63,433 nucleotides of DNA from the NCBI RefSeq assembly GCF_001194135.2, contig NC_068999.1:17980925-18044357 (forward strand). The letters run 5' to 3'. This DNA comes from Octopus bimaculoides (Eukaryota). Below are positions 26,096-40,239 of the stretch, piece by piece (the first letter of the stretch is position 1; each line of letters starts with the position of its first letter). Made by a program: the position numbers and the translations under genes. The notes under the pieces are model-generated. The model was not told the origin of the DNA and ran no database searches. It worked only from the letters and a program-made list of their open reading frames with translations.

Positions 26096-28626
26096 CGCGT
26101 GTGGGATGCTGTAAAGTTCATTTGGGCTTTGGGGAAAAGAAAATACAGGAGGATCAGTTAATTATAATTTTATTTAGCACACTTCCTTCTCAGATTCACA
26201 CACTTATTGCAGCAGTCCTTGACATTTTTTTTTTGTTCTATAAAACATCTATTAAATTTGGACCTCCAAGCAGGGCTTCTGCTATACACTAAAAGCCAGG
26301 AATTTTTCAGCACCCTCCTATGTGTTCTTGAATATCATTGTTAAGAGCTGCTATTTGATGCAAGCACAAATGACCTACTTTAAAACACTGTGTGTCTGTG
26401 TTTTTGTGCGCACGTGCGTGTCTGTGCATGCGTGTGTGTGTGTGTATACACGTATGTGTATTGTTAAGTGTTATTATGTACAATATATACGAGAATGGTT
26501 GCTCCACCTTGCCGTTGTCTGAGCGTTATACTCATTTTACAAGCGTTTGTTACAATTTAATTCAAAGTTCATTGCATCTAGATGAAATGGTAAAAGACAT
26601 ACTATATTAAAATATGATTACATTATAAAACAACAGGAAACAATTGTTATACAATGAACACAAAATTAATTTAACGATTCTAAAAGAGAAATGTTCAAAT
26701 ATACTTCGGAACGAAGCAATAATATGGAGATGCAATTAAACGTGTCATACTTTGAACGTTCTACATGTACTTCAGACTTCATGAAATATATAAGAATAGA
26801 GAGTAGTTCCATTAGATACCAGGAAATTTTGACTCGATAAATTATGTAGATCAATTAGTAACATTGTGAATGTACTATATATATGCAAACACGTGTATGT
26901 GTGTATTCGTGTATTTAGTATACCAGTAAACAACACTTACCTCACAGTGAGAAATCTTATAAGTTTGTTCGATCAATTTTAGTTTGCAATTGTTATATTG
27001 AGAAGTCGTAGCATGTGTTTCATAAATGCTAATGTTTTAACTGATATATCTGAATTACATTTTCAAAAAGATACTAATTGATTTATACAATTTATACAGT
27101 GGAAATTTCCGGGCATCTAATCGAATTACTATTAATATATATTTCTTGAAGTCTGAAGCATATGTTGAAAGTTCGATCATATTTTCATCATATTTTACAA
27201 TACATTTTATATTATTTTGTCTTGGTTTTTCCTTTACTCTCATTGAATTATTAGTTTGTTCATTGTATAACGGCTATTTTATGATGTTATGTTGTTTTAC
27301 AATATGAACAATTGTTTAGCGCAATATTCAATTTGAAATGTTATCCGAGATATAATGAACTTTGGTATTTACTTAACAATATTTTTATTATGTATCTAGA
27401 TATGATGAGAATTTAGAAAATATTGCACTATGAAATCCGTAAGTACGAGTATGAATAAGAAAACAAGCACAGCAATGTGATAAAAGCAATCATTTGTAAC
27501 GAAGTATATTCTACATTAATAATTTGCTGTTGAAATATTTGTTGTTGGTTTGTCAGCCAACAGACGACATGGGTATTATAAACAATGTTCGAAATGAGGC
27601 AATCACCTCATATATATTCAGGACTAGTGTTTCCAATAATTCATATGGTGTATGCAAGTTCTGCAGGATTCGAAATAATAAGGTATCTGTTCATTCTCAA
27701 AACGCGGTGGCAAATTCGATTATATGTTGTAACATTTTACGAACAAATTACTCCTAAAGTGGGGAGGTATTCCTCAAACATGATCGACCCCACCACCACT
27801 TATGTTCAAACTGAGAATGAATAGAAATATTATTGCTTGGATTTCGCAGTTTTCAATATACCTCCTGGATTTTGATAGTTTCGCCGACATCAGCACGCAT
27901 CATAAATAATTTGCTGATTTCTATAAACAAATGCCAGAGACTATTTAAATACAAAATATCATGGAAAAGTTTGACTGGGGAATCACACAATAAGATCAAG
28001 AGTCATCAAGTTGTCTCAGACGCCTGAAATCTCCGAAATGCAAGTGCTAAGAACATACAAGAGCTACAGGCAGGATATATTCGTACATCATTTCCGAATC
28101 TACCACATCGTATTGAGATTGAATGTTTACATTATATACTGTATATTCCAACGTATAAATCATCATTGTTGTGCTCCAGTTGATCTTATCTAGGCCAAAT
28201 ATTCTTATTTAGTAAGTAGAGAGGTGATTCAATACGTAAATATTACCATAATGTAGCTAACACGAATATAATTTCATGAAGGTGCTGCAAAGGTTTAATA
28301 CTAAGTAGAGTGATAATGTGTACGCTTAGGTGTCTGCTGAATCTTATAACAATGAGAACTTCGTTATTTTGAAATCTATTAAGTGCGTACAAAAGTAAAT
28401 GATTTTATGTAGCAGTTAGAATTCTCTCATACAAGATACAAAAGGAAATAATCAGGTATATCTTGCGCCTTTCAAAATATATTATAAATAAATTAAGAAA
28501 CTTTTTTGGATGATGTGAACTGTATAAGACGTAGTTTATCAATAAAATTGTGTGAGAAAAATGATTGGAAATAAAAATCATCTTAGATTTCTTCATGAAC
28601 TTGATACATATGCTTGTTTGCCTGAA

Positions 28627-28935
28627 AGCGTTAAGCTTAGTGGTTAGAGCTTCGGGCTCACAATAATGCGATAGCGAGTTCAATTCCCAAACCGTGCAGT
28701 GGGTTGTTTTCTTGAGCAAGACATTTTATTTTACGCTGCTCCAGTTCACTCAGTAATAGAAATGAGTTACGACGTCACTAGTGCCAATCGGCCTTTGCTT
28801 TTTCTTGGATAACATCGGTGGCATGGAGAGAGGAGGCTGGTATGCATGGTTGATTGCTGCTTTTCCATAAACAACCTTACCCGGCTTGTGCCTCAGGGGA
28901 GAATATTCTTGGTGCAATCCCATGGTCACTCATGC
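28627..28935 (+). mobile_element. tRNA-derived SINE (family C)
   Basis: A-box-like aagcttagtggttag, B-box-like gagttcaattccc, then ttcttgagcaagacattttattttacgctgctccagttcactcag (CORE-like central domain). Confidence 0.75.
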
Positions 28936-29284
28936 GTTATTAGCATCGCGCATTGGATATTTGATTTATAACCAATCGCCAGTTACCCATCGTCAATGTA
29001 TTCCTCTTTGGTGGCTGTTGCAGAACGACGAGACATTGGGTCCTGTTTAAAACGCTCCCATCCCCTCCTCAATTCAGTTACCCTCTTTTGCGCTGTTATA
29101 AAGCTGGGGCGTCATCCTCTAATGTGTCAACTACGTCAGATTAAATGCCCTTGGAAGATAAACCCTTTATTTGTGATAATAACAAACAAGATGAGGACAA
29201 ATATATGGGAAATGTAAATAATGTAAATAATGTACATAATTCCTCGTCTCTTAAATATAGAACTATAGCATTCCGAACGTCTTT

Positions 29285-29405
29285 ATTTTCTGAGTTCGGA
29301 TTCCGCAAATATCGACTTAAAGTGTCATGCTTTTGAGGTCAGAAAAAAAGTATCAATCGAGCACTGGGGTTGATCTAATTGACTTATCCCCTCCTACGAA
29401 ATTCG
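29285..29405 (+). mobile_element. Degenerate SINE fragment (family D)
   Basis: ctgagttcggattccgc...tcgactt...gcactggggttgatctaattgac, similar to 41490-41650 and 62385-62480. Confidence 0.5.
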
Positions 29406-32229
29406 TAGCCAATTTATATAGCAGTCCTTTGTATCATACTAAGGAGATACAGAAATGTTCACCGGAAATACAAAGATTTAACAAACTCTATTACATGATA
29501 TACCATCAATTTTACTTTTAACATTCTGTTTCTATGATAGTTTCAAATTTTAATTCATTAAATTCCAAAAATAAGTCCAGTACTTCTCTTGTGATGCATA
29601 AGTTCTTCTGTCGCTCCTTTTCGCCAAAGTATGGAAACATAAACAACCAACACCACTAGTCAAAAGGCAATGAGAGATAAACATAACACACACGCAAGCT
29701 CACAGACGCACACACATACATACGCACACGCAAACACAAGCAAACATATACATACGATCGACTTCCTCACAGTTTCTGTTTACCATAGTCACTCACAACG
29801 TATTCCTCGCCCAGGGGATATAGTTAAATGACATCCCCGAGTTACCGCGCAGTGAAACTGAAAGCGATACCATGAATCTGATACCAGATGAGGTACATTT
29901 GCTTTTATTTATGTAGTGTATCAGGAGATTTCCTTTAAGAATTAACCTGAGCGTATTAACATTCCAAATATAACATGTTTCGGTTAAAAAAATTAAAGCC
30001 ACATTATGTGGAGTACCATTTCTTTCAGTGCAAATGAGTAGAAGTTTGTTAATTATTTTAGTTAATTTTTTTAGCTATTATCTAACAGGTGTGATAGAGA
30101 GAACACCTTATTTTTGACTTCATTTCTTTTGAGATGGATTCGTATAAAATATAAATAATGTCATATAATAATCTCATTACGAAAATCGCTAAAATGAATA
30201 AAAACAAAAACGAAGATAATAAAACAAAATATATGAGAAAATAACACCTTCCCCTCAAACTCGTAAATAGTTCAGCAATTACAGAATTAGGTTCCCACAA
30301 GGCGTTATAGCGTTATTAATTATACATCGATCGAGTTCCATTGTTGTATTTTGTTTTAGGCATGTCTAATTGTTATCGGCATATCAATATTTCATTGCTG
30401 GGTCAGCTAATGCCAATTGCTTTCCTTTCAGATTTTTGACGTTTATTTTGATTACTTCTATTTCGTTTAAAACAGATCTGCCTTGTATGATAATAACACT
30501 TTACTTTCCAAGTGTTGCATCGTTCAATGAATGTTAGTTGTGTTTTCTTTGGTTTTGCCAAATACTTTGCGAATTCTCTTTGTTTTGCCTAATTTTCCTA
30601 CGTTTGCTCAGTCAACTGCAATCGAGATTCGTAAAAGAGGTTTAAATACAATCTAAACAGTTTTTTTAATAGTTAAATGTTTTATGTTCCCTTTAAGAGC
30701 TTCATATTATTACGGATTTACATTACAAATATGTAACATATTTATAGATTAACGTTCTTACAACTCTTTCTGTATACATAAATTCCACTATGGTTTAAAT
30801 ATGAGTGCATTCAGTAAAATACTATACTATATTATATATACTTTATAATGTACTATAATATATTGATTTATATACACTCAAAAGAATGTTAAAATCTCGA
30901 ATGTACTGTTACATAAGATATTGAAACAGCGGTCGGAAACATTTTGGTCTGGATCATCGCAGCTTCATCTTTTTGCGAGTAAAATAAATTCTACAAGCAA
31001 ATGATACGCACCTTTCCATTATAATGTTTCAAAACCCGTTTGTGCCTACATCTATTTTCTTCTTCTTTGCTTTTAAATATCATTGTTCTTCTAATTGTTA
31101 ACAGGCATGCATTGAAATGCTTTAAATCACTCAGATGTAGATAATATTTTCAATTTATGAAATAGGCAAGGGTCACATATGCATAATTGAATATCTGTCA
31201 CTATATATAAATATGTATTCATAGTTATACACTTATGTACAACCTGGGCAATAATATGTTCATCAGTGACAAGTTTACTCGCTGCAATTTACGTCCCAAT
31301 TTAACTCAGTTAAATATATACACGTATACATGATTTAACAGACATACGAAATCATACATACTAATACAGTATTCAAATATAGTGTATGTATATGAGTCTG
31401 CGGTGCGTGTCGGGAGTCTGATTATATCGTTGTGTCTATGTGCAATCTCGTACGTATATTTATTTATCTACTTCTGTATCAATCGTTATATACATACATG
31501 CTTAAACATGCACAAACGCACATATTATACTGTCTTAGGAAACGTTTTCTCTCAGTCTTTATCATATATTGTGGTTAAGAGCATTATAAAATTTCAACCA
31601 TAACTGCGACCAAAGGCTTAAATAAATGTAATTCTAAAAATAAATCTTACTACCGTTTTTCCATTTATTAAGAAGCATATATAATATAAAATTAGTCTAT
31701 CGCACAGCACCACTCCGGGGTTCATGTTATAGACATTTGATTCAAAGCGTTCAGATAGAGAGGAATATGTATCTTCTTTTGGTAAGCGTACTTGTGTTAA
31801 TACACAAATAAATTTATCGTTGGAAGCTCGAATATGGTAAAATGTAATATTGGAGAGAAACGACGGTCTGCAGGCTGACGCTCGATTAAATAATCTTCAG
31901 TTAACTCGCGGCAATGTGTTTAAATAACAGGCATTCATCTACATCTGCTATATACAACTATGTCTTATTCTGCAATAACACACTCCCGATTTTGTTTTTG
32001 TGAAATATGCATTGCAAGAATATATCAAATGAGAAAGTGTTGGCTTCAACTATCAAATATTCAGACAGGTTTCTGATAATACTCGTTTGCAATTTTAAAC
32101 CGCTAATTTTATGCATATTTTGTTTCTACTTTGATGATTGGTCTTTTTTTTTAAAAAAAAGAAAAAAAAAAGCAATACCCACTTTTACTTTTGTTGCTGT
32201 TTTGTGAATAAGGGACTATCGAAAATTTT

Positions 32230-33010
32230 GATTCGCACCAGTTTGAAGCCTTAATTTGTGGANNNNNNNNNNCTGAGTGTCAACAGAAGAATGATGGAAA
32301 AGATCAGAGAGGAACTTGAAGATTTAGGATTCGCCTACAAGGTGACAGCAGAGAGGAAAACCCAAAAATCGAAAGTCTGATGCCATCAGAAGGCTAGAAT
32401 CCGTTGCTGAAATCCAGGAGTTCATCAACGATCATCGCAACGAGTGAATGGTTGATGTTACACGCTAGGCAGTACATCTCGAAGTTGGTATATGAAAACA
32501 TTCGCTACTTTACACACAAGTTGAGGATGCGACATGTTCTGTCCAAGGTAATGCTGGAAAAGGGGCTCAATCACACCAAGAAGCTGATCAACAAATTGAA
32601 ACACAAGCTGGAGCCAGACATGCTGTGGCTTTCCTCCAAAAAGAGGAAGATCAGCAAATATAAGATCAACTCCCAGAACAACAGGTGGTTCGCTGTATCA
32701 TCCAGGACTCGACCAGAATCATGTAGACGAAATTTCCAGCGATAATTATGTTCTTCGGTATTGTCAGCAGTGAAGGTGATATCATCCTCTGCATGTCTAC
32801 TCCGAGAACACTAGGCTGAGCACCAACACTACATCGTGTTCTGAACAAGCGCGGTGGTGAAACCCAGGGTCGACCGAATAGCTGCACTGAGGTCCTACAC
32901 GCGGCAGCAACATGAAGGACGAGCTGAGGGCCAAGTTTATTAGGACCTTCAGAGATCTAAAAAGGAAGACATTGATGAACTCAGTGGCTGATGTCGAGGT
33001 CACCAGGAGG
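32230..33010 (+). mobile_element. Decayed Tc1/mariner-superfamily transposase, DD37D (maT)-like
   Basis: Remnants KLINKLKH, INSQNNRWFA, TKFPAIIMFFGIVSSEGDI, VVKPRVDRIAA, DELRAKFIRTF; catalytic residues degraded; frameshifts and an internal deletion. Confidence 0.72.
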
Positions 33011-34249
33011 GGGAGTCATTCAGGTCACAGGCAGGTTCATCGAGTGACAGGTTGCTGCTTGTCACATCTCCGTCAGTTGAATATGGTGGAAACCCGACAA
33101 CGGATGTTGAAAAACAAAATCATTGAATTCGTGCACGGAGTACAAATGGCTTGTTTGAATGATTTCTCTCTTTACAAGTTTTACGATGGTGTGCCATCAC
33201 CTTAGCTGTTATCTATCACAACTGGCAGCAGAGCAAGATAATCTCTAATTCTATGAGCAGAAGAGCTGTAACGCGTCCTCCCTCAAGGATATGAAGATTG
33301 AAACATTGAAACATTTTGGCCAAGACATTAGCAAAGAGATTAGAGCGTGTTGTCTGTATATTGATTAGTAATGCGCAGGTGTATGCTACCTAGATGAGAT
33401 CGAATCACAATAATCTGAAACCCGTACTTTACGTCATAATGTAGACGGGTAAGGAACCTGACTCGAGCGGGGGTCCTGATCAGTTTATATCAAAGAAATG
33501 CTTTCGACAACGTGAACACAATAAATAGTGGTTGTCACAACATTTTTGATCCGTACTTCGAGTGTTAAATTTGAACAGAGAAAGAGAAGGGGCAATACAT
33601 ATACGAAAAGGAAATATTTTCAATGCCATAATAAAACATTAAATTTTCTTTCTATACCGTTAAGAAATTTCAAAATTCCAAATGTTTCTTGGGTGTTTTC
33701 AATTTCATGTTAATAAAATGAATCATTGAATTTGTCGGCTGGCATTTAACTCCAAATTGGCATTTCGGAGTTAAGACCATGATGACAAGGAAGTATTATT
33801 CTTATCATAATAAGAATAGTAATTCTATATATACAGGGTCCGCCATAAGTAACTATATATTTTCTTTTGCTTGTAACTTGATACGTACTCAATTTTTCTA
33901 TTTCATATGTCATTTGAAAGTGGAAATCTTATATCTTTATTTCTTTTTTCTCCCTATTTCGGATACATTGTTATATCGATTATGTCTACCTGATTAACAA
34001 AAGAGCAAACAATTGCAGTTTTGAAATTGCTACGCTACAGAACATGTATGCAGAGGCTCTGTAGTCTTCGAATCAGCTTTTACTTTGTGGTTTTGGGAAG
34101 CCTATTTTCTAAATAGTGGTATCCCAGTGAACCAAGAATTACTGGTATAAACTGAAATTTGTAATCTGGATAGAGCAGCTGTAGCTATTTACTTTTACGT
34201 TGGACGTTAGTTTTATGTTAACATCCGATGGCCAACTGATTTATACAGC

Positions 34250-34378
34250 TGTTCATAGTCTTTTCTCCTCTATCACAAATCATTATACCAGGTCTATTAT
34301 TTTTACCTTTTATACAGGTTTTCTCCACCAGTAATCCTTTGTTTAATATGACTAGCTATGTCTTCTACCATAGTACGG
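34250..34378. repeat. Left arm of a perfect 129-bp inverted repeat
   Basis: Exact reverse complement of 35305-35433 (compared base by base). Confidence 0.95.
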
Positions 34379-35166
34379 GTTCTTATTACTTTGATCTATA
34401 TATGCGTGTATGTATGTATGTATTTATGTATGTCATTACTCAGTTTATTTCAAGATTTCTTACCAAAAGAGAAAGAATCGGTTTCTAACNNNNNNNNNNN
34501 NNNNNNNNNNNNNNNNNNNNNNNNNNNNNNNNNNNNNNNNNNNNNNNNNNNNNNNNNNNNNNNNNNNNNNNNNNNNNNNNNNNNNNNNNNNNNNNNNNNN
34601 NNNNNNNNNNNNNNNNNNNNNNNNNNNNNNNNNNNNNNNNNNNNNNNNNNNNNNNNNNNNNNNNNNNNNNNNNNNNNNNNNNNNNNNNNNNNNNNNNNNN
34701 NNNNNNNNNNNNNNNNNNNNNNNNNNNNNNNNNNNNNNNNNNNNNNNNNNNNNNNNNNNNNNNNNNNNNNNNNNNNNNNNNNNNNNNNNNNNNNNNNNNN
34801 NNNNNNNNNNNNNNNNNNNNNNNNNNNNNNNNNNNNNNNNNNNNNNNNNNNNNNNNNNNNNNNNNNNNNNNNNNNNNNNNNNNNNNNNNNNNNNNNNNNN
34901 NNNNNNNNNNNNNNNNNNNNNNNNNNNNNNNNNNNNNNNNNNNNNNNNNNNNNNNNNNNNNNNNNNNNNNNNNNNNNNNNNNNNNNNNNNNNNNNNNNNN
35001 NNNNNNNNNNNNNNNNNNNNNNNNNNNNNNNNNNNNNNNNNNNNNNNNNNNNNNNNNNNNNNNNNNNNNNNNNNNNNNNNNNNNNNNNNNNNNNNNNNNN
35101 NNNNNNNNNNNNNNNNNNNNNNNNNNNNNNNNNNNNNNNNNNNNNNNNNNNNNNNNNNNNNNNNNN

Positions 35167-35290
35167 ATAATAATAATAATAATAATAACATCGAAAATTA
35201 CCTTAGGAATAAGAACTCAGTTTCTAAATTTCTCCAAGACACCTGTAGAAGGCTGGAAGATGTATCAGCCGAAACGTGTTCACAACAAAC
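35167..35290 (+). mobile_element. PLE-type terminal fragment after (ATA)n, with degenerate hammerhead-like motif
   Basis: gacac-ctgtaga-a-ggctg-gaagatgtat-cagcc-gaaac-gtgtt has the layout of minimal type I hammerheads at PLE termini. Confidence 0.5.
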
Positions 35291-35304
35291 ATAGTACTGG
35301 GATA

Positions 35305-35433
35305 CCGTACTATGGTAGAAGACATAGCTAGTCATATTAAACAAAGGATTACTGGTGGAGAAAACCTGTATAAAAGGTAAAAATAATAGACCTGGTATAA
35401 TGATTTGTGATAGAGGAGAAAAGACTATGAACA
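35305..35433. repeat. Right arm of a perfect 129-bp inverted repeat
   Basis: Exact reverse complement of 34250-34378. Confidence 0.95.
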
Positions 35434-35788
35434 TTTTGTTTGTCGAGTATAAATAATGTAAATAATGTAAATAGAGTCTGTTCATGTCTACATTTACACA
35501 TTCTGGAAATCCAGTCGTTACCAGTCAGATATATTAAAGCATTTAAAGAGCATAGTAATGATATGAACTATGCACCTCCACACACAGACAGCTCCGTTCA
35601 AAATACCGTTCCTGTCGTCCACTAGATAATGTCTAAACGTTTTTGGCCGGGCAGCTACTTCCCGGTGACACCCTGACGACATAGGTAGTTACTTAGTCGG
35701 AAGATATGGCTTTTGCTATTTATCAAGCTTAACACTATTGCACGTTGTGTTATTTCTTAATTATATTATTGAGAATGGCATTGGGGTA

Positions 35789-35844
35789 AAATATGTCATG
35801 CATAATATTAGTTTTCAAATATGTCATGCATAATATTAGTTTTC
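35789..35844. repeat. Perfect 28-bp tandem duplication
   Basis: aaatatgtcatgcataatattagttttc x2. Confidence 0.95.
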
Positions 35845-38632
35845 AAACATTAGTTCATCTATAGAGGGACGTTAGTCTTTGGCTTATAATAGGTAGTTGG
35901 ACTTGGTACTCGGAATGCTGCTGGCTGGCCTTTAAATACAGGAGTAAGTCATAACTCATCTTATTTGGTTGGTTAACTAATTTTGATCTCATTCTATTCC
36001 ACCCAGTTTCACTTTCATCATTCCTAAACTGATAACATACGTAGATGTGGGTATTAAATCACTACTGCAATAAATAATACAAAATAATCTGACACTTCGA
36101 TGATAGAAACTACTAAAAGAGTAAAGTAGATATAATCATCTTTAATTTTCCATGCATAATTTCAGGGAAAATCCGACCGAGCACTATTCATTCGATACCA
36201 ATTGTAGTGATTTTTTAAATTAGAAATTAGGTTGGCTTAACTAAAATCAATGAAAATTTGGTGAAAAGTCATTGATGGCTGAGTATGTATTTCGGAAGAA
36301 AATAATCACGTGTAAATTGTAGAAGACATGGTTGAGTTAATGATATACAATTTCCGTAACTGAGTAAATTTAACCAGTATTGCAGCGAGCATTTGGCACC
36401 CTATGATATTTCACCATAATTGACAACCAGAACTTTATGTTTACAATGGAAGAAGATGAAAGTTTAACAACATTTTATTGATATAAAATGAAAGGAAATG
36501 GTTTTAGGTGTTATAAAATATTACAAAAACTGAAAAAAATTATTTTATTGAAGTATTAAACGTGTCACATGGTTTTGATAGTGAAAAATGAGAATAATGA
36601 AAAAATCTAAATAAAATAAAGAAAAAATAACTGTAAATAAAAGAAAAAAATGAAACGAAATCAATATTCCCACTTGAAAGAGCATTAGATTAAAATACCG
36701 ATGTGTATAGCATTTATGATGTATATACAAATGTTGAATGGCGCTAGTTGCCATACGTTGTCTCAGAAACGAAAATGAAAAAAACCCTTCCCTTTGGAGA
36801 TGTTTGTGTTAGAACACAGTTAAATAGATATTGGTAGATGGTCACACACATGTTTTGACCTGATCTACTTAATAACGAACGCACACACATGCTAACCTAT
36901 TCGGTATATGATGAGGGTAAAATGAAATAGCTATGTGCATTCGAAACAGCATTAGAAAATGAATATCTAAAAAGAAAAAGAATACATATATGTCTGACAT
37001 TTATAAAGTACAGTATATGCAAATATAGAACGGCACCAACTGTAAGATATTCTGTTTGAGAAACGTCTCTGAAGCGATATTGAGATTTGAAAACAGATGT
37101 GAAAGAAAGCACCTGGCATTCTGATTTCAAAATTCGAATGAAGATTTCTTGTAGTACTAAATGTCCGAGTGAAGTGTTTTTGCCAATGATGAAATCAATT
37201 CAAGTTAAACGGTAGTAGTTGCTAGTCCGCAGTAGAAATTCTTAGTGATATCCATTTTTCTATCCTACAAGTTCTCTTATCAGAAAATTCTGAGACCAAA
37301 TCATTATAGCTAGCACTGTTCTACGTTTGTGTGTACATTATAAATGTTATTATTTGAAATAAAATGCAATGAAATATTAAGCCATGATCAAAAGCCAATT
37401 GAAGCAAATATAAAAAAAGTTATAATCATAGATAAGAGAAAGGAAACATTTCTTTAAAAATTACCAAATATCTGTTGGAAAATTATAAGTACTGCATTGC
37501 AAAAGAGGCAACAAAATATGGATAAATCCGTTATTGCTGTAGCTTCTTGGTATCACAGAACAATTACTCTCCATCGAATTTAATACGGAAACCAATATCA
37601 GCCAAAATGCAAATATTATAATTCAAAATATGCGTGAATATACTACATTGGCAAAAGTGTAGGATGCTGGGAGATTCATGAAATCATTAGTGATTTCGAG
37701 GGAAACATGCCTTAGTTGCGCTCAGTAACTCTCTAATTTTCAACCCCACTAATGGAGAAAAATACCGATATGCATTTCACCCGACGTGCTAACGATTCTA
37801 CTAGCTCGCCGCCTTTTCACATCTTTATTAGCATTAAAAAGATAGAAATACCNNNNNNNNNNTATATATATATATATACAGAGAGAGAGAGAGAGAGAGC
37901 GAGAAAGAGAGAGAGGGAGAGAGAAAGACAGACAGAGTAGTAAAGGATTACGCTAGCAGATGTACGTTATGTAATGCATTGATATATTCTTTTCATTTAC
38001 GTAATTTGTTCGGTGTTTGTAACCATATCAGCTACCGTTTCCTTTCATCGTATGTGATTATTATTAAATGTATGAAACATCAGGCCATTATATTCATCTA
38101 ACGGTGCTTATGGATCCAATATGACAGAAAATTTTAGTATCAATTACTCTGAGAAATTGCCAGAATTTAAAAGCATTACAAAATCTTAGTTCAAAAAACT
38201 GTGCGTCATCATTAATTCAATTTTGTCCGTTAAAAATCTTACTTTGATGGTATGTTTGTTTTCACGATTTACCAGCTAATGTGAAAAGAAAATTACGTAA
38301 CATTTCTCTAGAAAGAGAACATTTTGTAAGGCAACACGTTATCTGTTAACACCTTTTAAGAAACAAACTTGCTAATATCATTATCTTTGCTGAAGTCGTT
38401 TATATTATTACATTAATATCTTCCAATTTTTGCGTTGTACTTCAATTTTACTGGATTTAGTCAGTGGACTACATCATATCTTGTTTTTTTTTTCTCCAAG
38501 GACTGTAGTCGACAATATCTATGTTTCGAGTTATTTTGTTATACGAGACAAGATTTGACTGACTCATAAATTGAGATGGTTAATGCAAACACAAAACGCC
38601 AGATTAACACACTTAAAACTATCCATATACAC

Positions 38633-38673
<41 letters not shown>

Positions 38674-39599
38674 CGCACACATATACACATATACATATAT
38701 ATATATACACACACACACACACATGTATATATANNNNNNNNNNNNNNNNNNNNNNNNNNNNNNNNNNNNNNNNNNNNNNNNNNNNNNNNNNNNNNNNNNN
38801 NNNNNNNNNNNNNNNNNNNNNNNNNNNNNNNNNNNNNNNNNNNNNNNNNNNNNNNNNNNNNNNNNNNNNNNNNNNNNNNNNNNNNNNNNNNNNNNNNNNN
38901 NNNNNNNNNNNNNNNNNNNNNNNNNNNNNNNNNNNNNNNNNNNNNNNNNNNNNNNNNNNNNNNNNNNNNNNNNNNNNNNNNNNNNNNNNNNNNNNNNNNN
39001 NNNNNNNNNNNNNNNNNNNNNNNNNNNNNNNNNNNNNNNNNNNNNNNNNNNNNNNNNNNNNNNNNNNNNNNNATATATATACATACATACATACATACAT
39101 TCATACCTAATTATAGATTTTTATATATAATAATAACACAAACGGCGTTTATATCTGTGTAACACGAAGGAGCAACCTCACTGTCGAATCTACGGTTTAA
39201 ATTAGATTTCGTATGTGTGTATTTACAGTGTCCTACAAACACATAATTGCGTCAATGTTGTTCCCCTGAGTGTCAGCTCTATGTTATCGCATCTTCCCGT
39301 ATTACGGCTTCGTACATGTTGAAGCACTTATATTCTTCAGTGTTATTATCGTCATCGTCGCCGGCACCACACTTGTACGAGTTTGGGTCATATGGTGCCT
39401 CCATGATGCTTAAACCTGACATGACTCAGACGGCCATGTCAGGAATAGGACAATGTCGGACCACCCTGATCACATAGCAGGAAGGGCGGTTGTGTTGGCT
39501 GGATATGTCGGGCTTTGTGTTGCTATCTTTTTGCTTCTTCTTCAGTATTTTTCCTCTCCTCGAAAGTAGAACAAACGAGCATCTATGACATTGCCGCAG

Positions 39600-40200
39600 T
39601 ACAAAGATACAGATTTACAGTGCTACTGTGCACCCATGTCTCTTCTACAACATGGAACGTGCACCTGATATGAGTCCACCTTCGTCATCTGCATTCCATG
39701 CAGATTATTAGACGATCGGATCGCATTCCTAGTATACACGTCCTGCGCATCTCTGGTGCATTTAGTGTAGTGGCCCTCATCGAAGTATTGTAGAAAAACA
39801 CATGTTTGCTTGATGAAGTGCAGCTGGATCCCAAAGGTAGTTTTCTGCCTCAGGGCAGGTGAGATAGTGGTGGCTATATTTTGCGAAACTGGGATGTGCT
39901 GAAGAGACAAATGAAGAAATCTGGAAACTCCTCAGGTTCCTAGGAGGAGACGTCCTTGCGGCGTGCGATAAATGCCACTGACCGCTAAAACTAGTAATTC
40001 TTGCTACTGAGGAAAATAGAAAAATAATACGAAAGAGCACATGAGAAGCTTCATTTCTTCATTTCATCAATTAGCGTCATCTGCAGCAGATCACCTGAAG
40101 GTCAATAGCAGGCCTTGAGGCCCACATGCATACTTTCCAGAGATGATTGCTGGACAAGATCAGGCAACGTCTTCTTTCGATGGAAAGCCGATGAGGCATA
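39600..40200 (+). mobile_element. RTE-clade LINE 3' fragment
   Basis: Reads HLRHLHSMQIIRRSDRIPSIHVLRISG...PKGSFLPQGR*DSGGYILRNWDVLKRQMK, matching the RTE ORF2 C-terminus pattern (IRWQDRIPN.EVL, G.R..GG...RYKD.LK); remnant GLEAH and tail tcttctttcgatggaaagccga. Confidence 0.7.
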
Positions 40201-40239
40201 TGTATGTACTTATGTATATATGAATGCATGTATTCTTCT

